Of a DNA stretch of 32,000 bases, positions 31,624 to 32,000 are shown piece after piece; the stretch's first letter is position 1, and each line of letters opens with the position of its first letter. The translations under genes and the position numbers were made by a program. The notes beneath the pieces were generated by a model, which searched no databases, had not been told where the DNA came from, and was given only the letters and a program-made list of their open reading frames with translations. The stretch comes from Candidatus Scalindua sp. (GTDB lineage: Bacteria > Planctomycetota > Brocadiia > Brocadiales > Scalinduaceae), in assembly GCA_031316235.1 (NCBI GenBank), contig JALDRA010000001.1, positions 1,140,001 through 1,172,000 on the forward strand, in the 5' to 3' direction.

Positions 31624-32000
31624 ATGATATCCCTACTTGACTGGCTCGTAATTCTCCTCTACGCAGGTATCGTAATCACCTTTGGTTATTTCGCAGGAAA
31701 AAAGGAAAGCACAACTGACGACTATTTCCTGGGCAGCCGTAAAATGCCCTGGTTTTCCGTCATGATCTCCATTTACGCCACATCACTTTCCGCACTTACC
31801 TTCATCGGTGTACCGGGCGCTGCATTCGGCGGTGATTTTGTCTACCTGCAGCTGGCGATCGGCGATCTGGCCGGCCGTGTTCTTATATCAGCCCTGCTCT
31901 TAACCGCATACTACAAGAGTCGGATAACAACTATTTATGAATTTCTCGGTCACCGTTTTGGTCCGAGAAGCCGCGATGCCGGGACCGGGTTTTTTATCCT
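31624..32000 (+). CDS. Sodium:solute symporter family transporter, N-terminal part (runs off the window)
   Basis: MISLLDWLVILLYAGIVITFGYFAGKKESTTDDYFLGSRKMPWFSVMISIYATSLSALTFIGVPGAAF is a typical SSF N-terminus. It is absent from the ORF track because no stop falls in the window. Confidence 0.75.
   Translation, partial: MISLLDWLVILLYAGIVITFGYFAGKKESTTDDYFLGSRKMPWFSVMISIYATSLSALTFIGVPGAAFGGDFVYLQLAIGDLAGRVLISALLLTAYYKSRITTIYEFLGHRFGPRSRDAGTGFFI

Overview
Low-GC bacterial chromosomal segment (spot counts on single lines give about 38-45% GC, with GC-rich islands) that is mostly an integron-type gene-cassette array. I count at least 13 co-oriented attC-like recombination sites. There are two multi-copy families of about 125 bp (family 1 x5, family 2 x3), plus singletons and remnants. 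These sites separate ORFs that almost all lie on the + strand. A decayed integron-integrase-like gene (2406-2760, minus strand) sits divergently next to an attI-like GTTAGGC junction at 2896. The first cassette after that junction encodes a TIR / FGE(SUMF1)-like fusion protein. Other cassette cargo: an intact HigB/HigA module and a decayed paralogue, rubrerythrin, GltS, a quinone-oxidoreductase-like MDR protein, a nitrilase-superfamily hydrolase, an Ogt-Ada-Zn fusion, an isochorismatase-like hydrolase, a lipoprotein plus a small helical protein, a 2TM + CBS-pair protein, a second TIR protein that has lost its start, a spermidine-synthase-like methyltransferase, DUF1232, and several ORFans. Larger genes with no recognisable cassette ends are an arylsulfatase, an MFS transporter, TauE/SafE (minus strand) and MscL. 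The array is heavily colonised by small mobile DNA. This includes a 112-139 bp TA-duplicating MITE (7 copies or fragments, one inside an attC and one inside higB), a 171-bp MITE with 20-bp TIRs, and a promoter-bearing ~90-bp repeat (Rep3, 4 copies). It also includes a DDE-transposase IS, an IS110-type transposase stub and a tyrosine-recombinase pseudogene of the type that accompanies IS91-family elements. The flanks look like core genome: a lexA 5' fragment at the left edge, and dus plus a sodium:solute symporter at the right edge. I saw no rRNA, tRNA or CRISPR. All family assignments rest on motif recognition by eye, and no searches were run.
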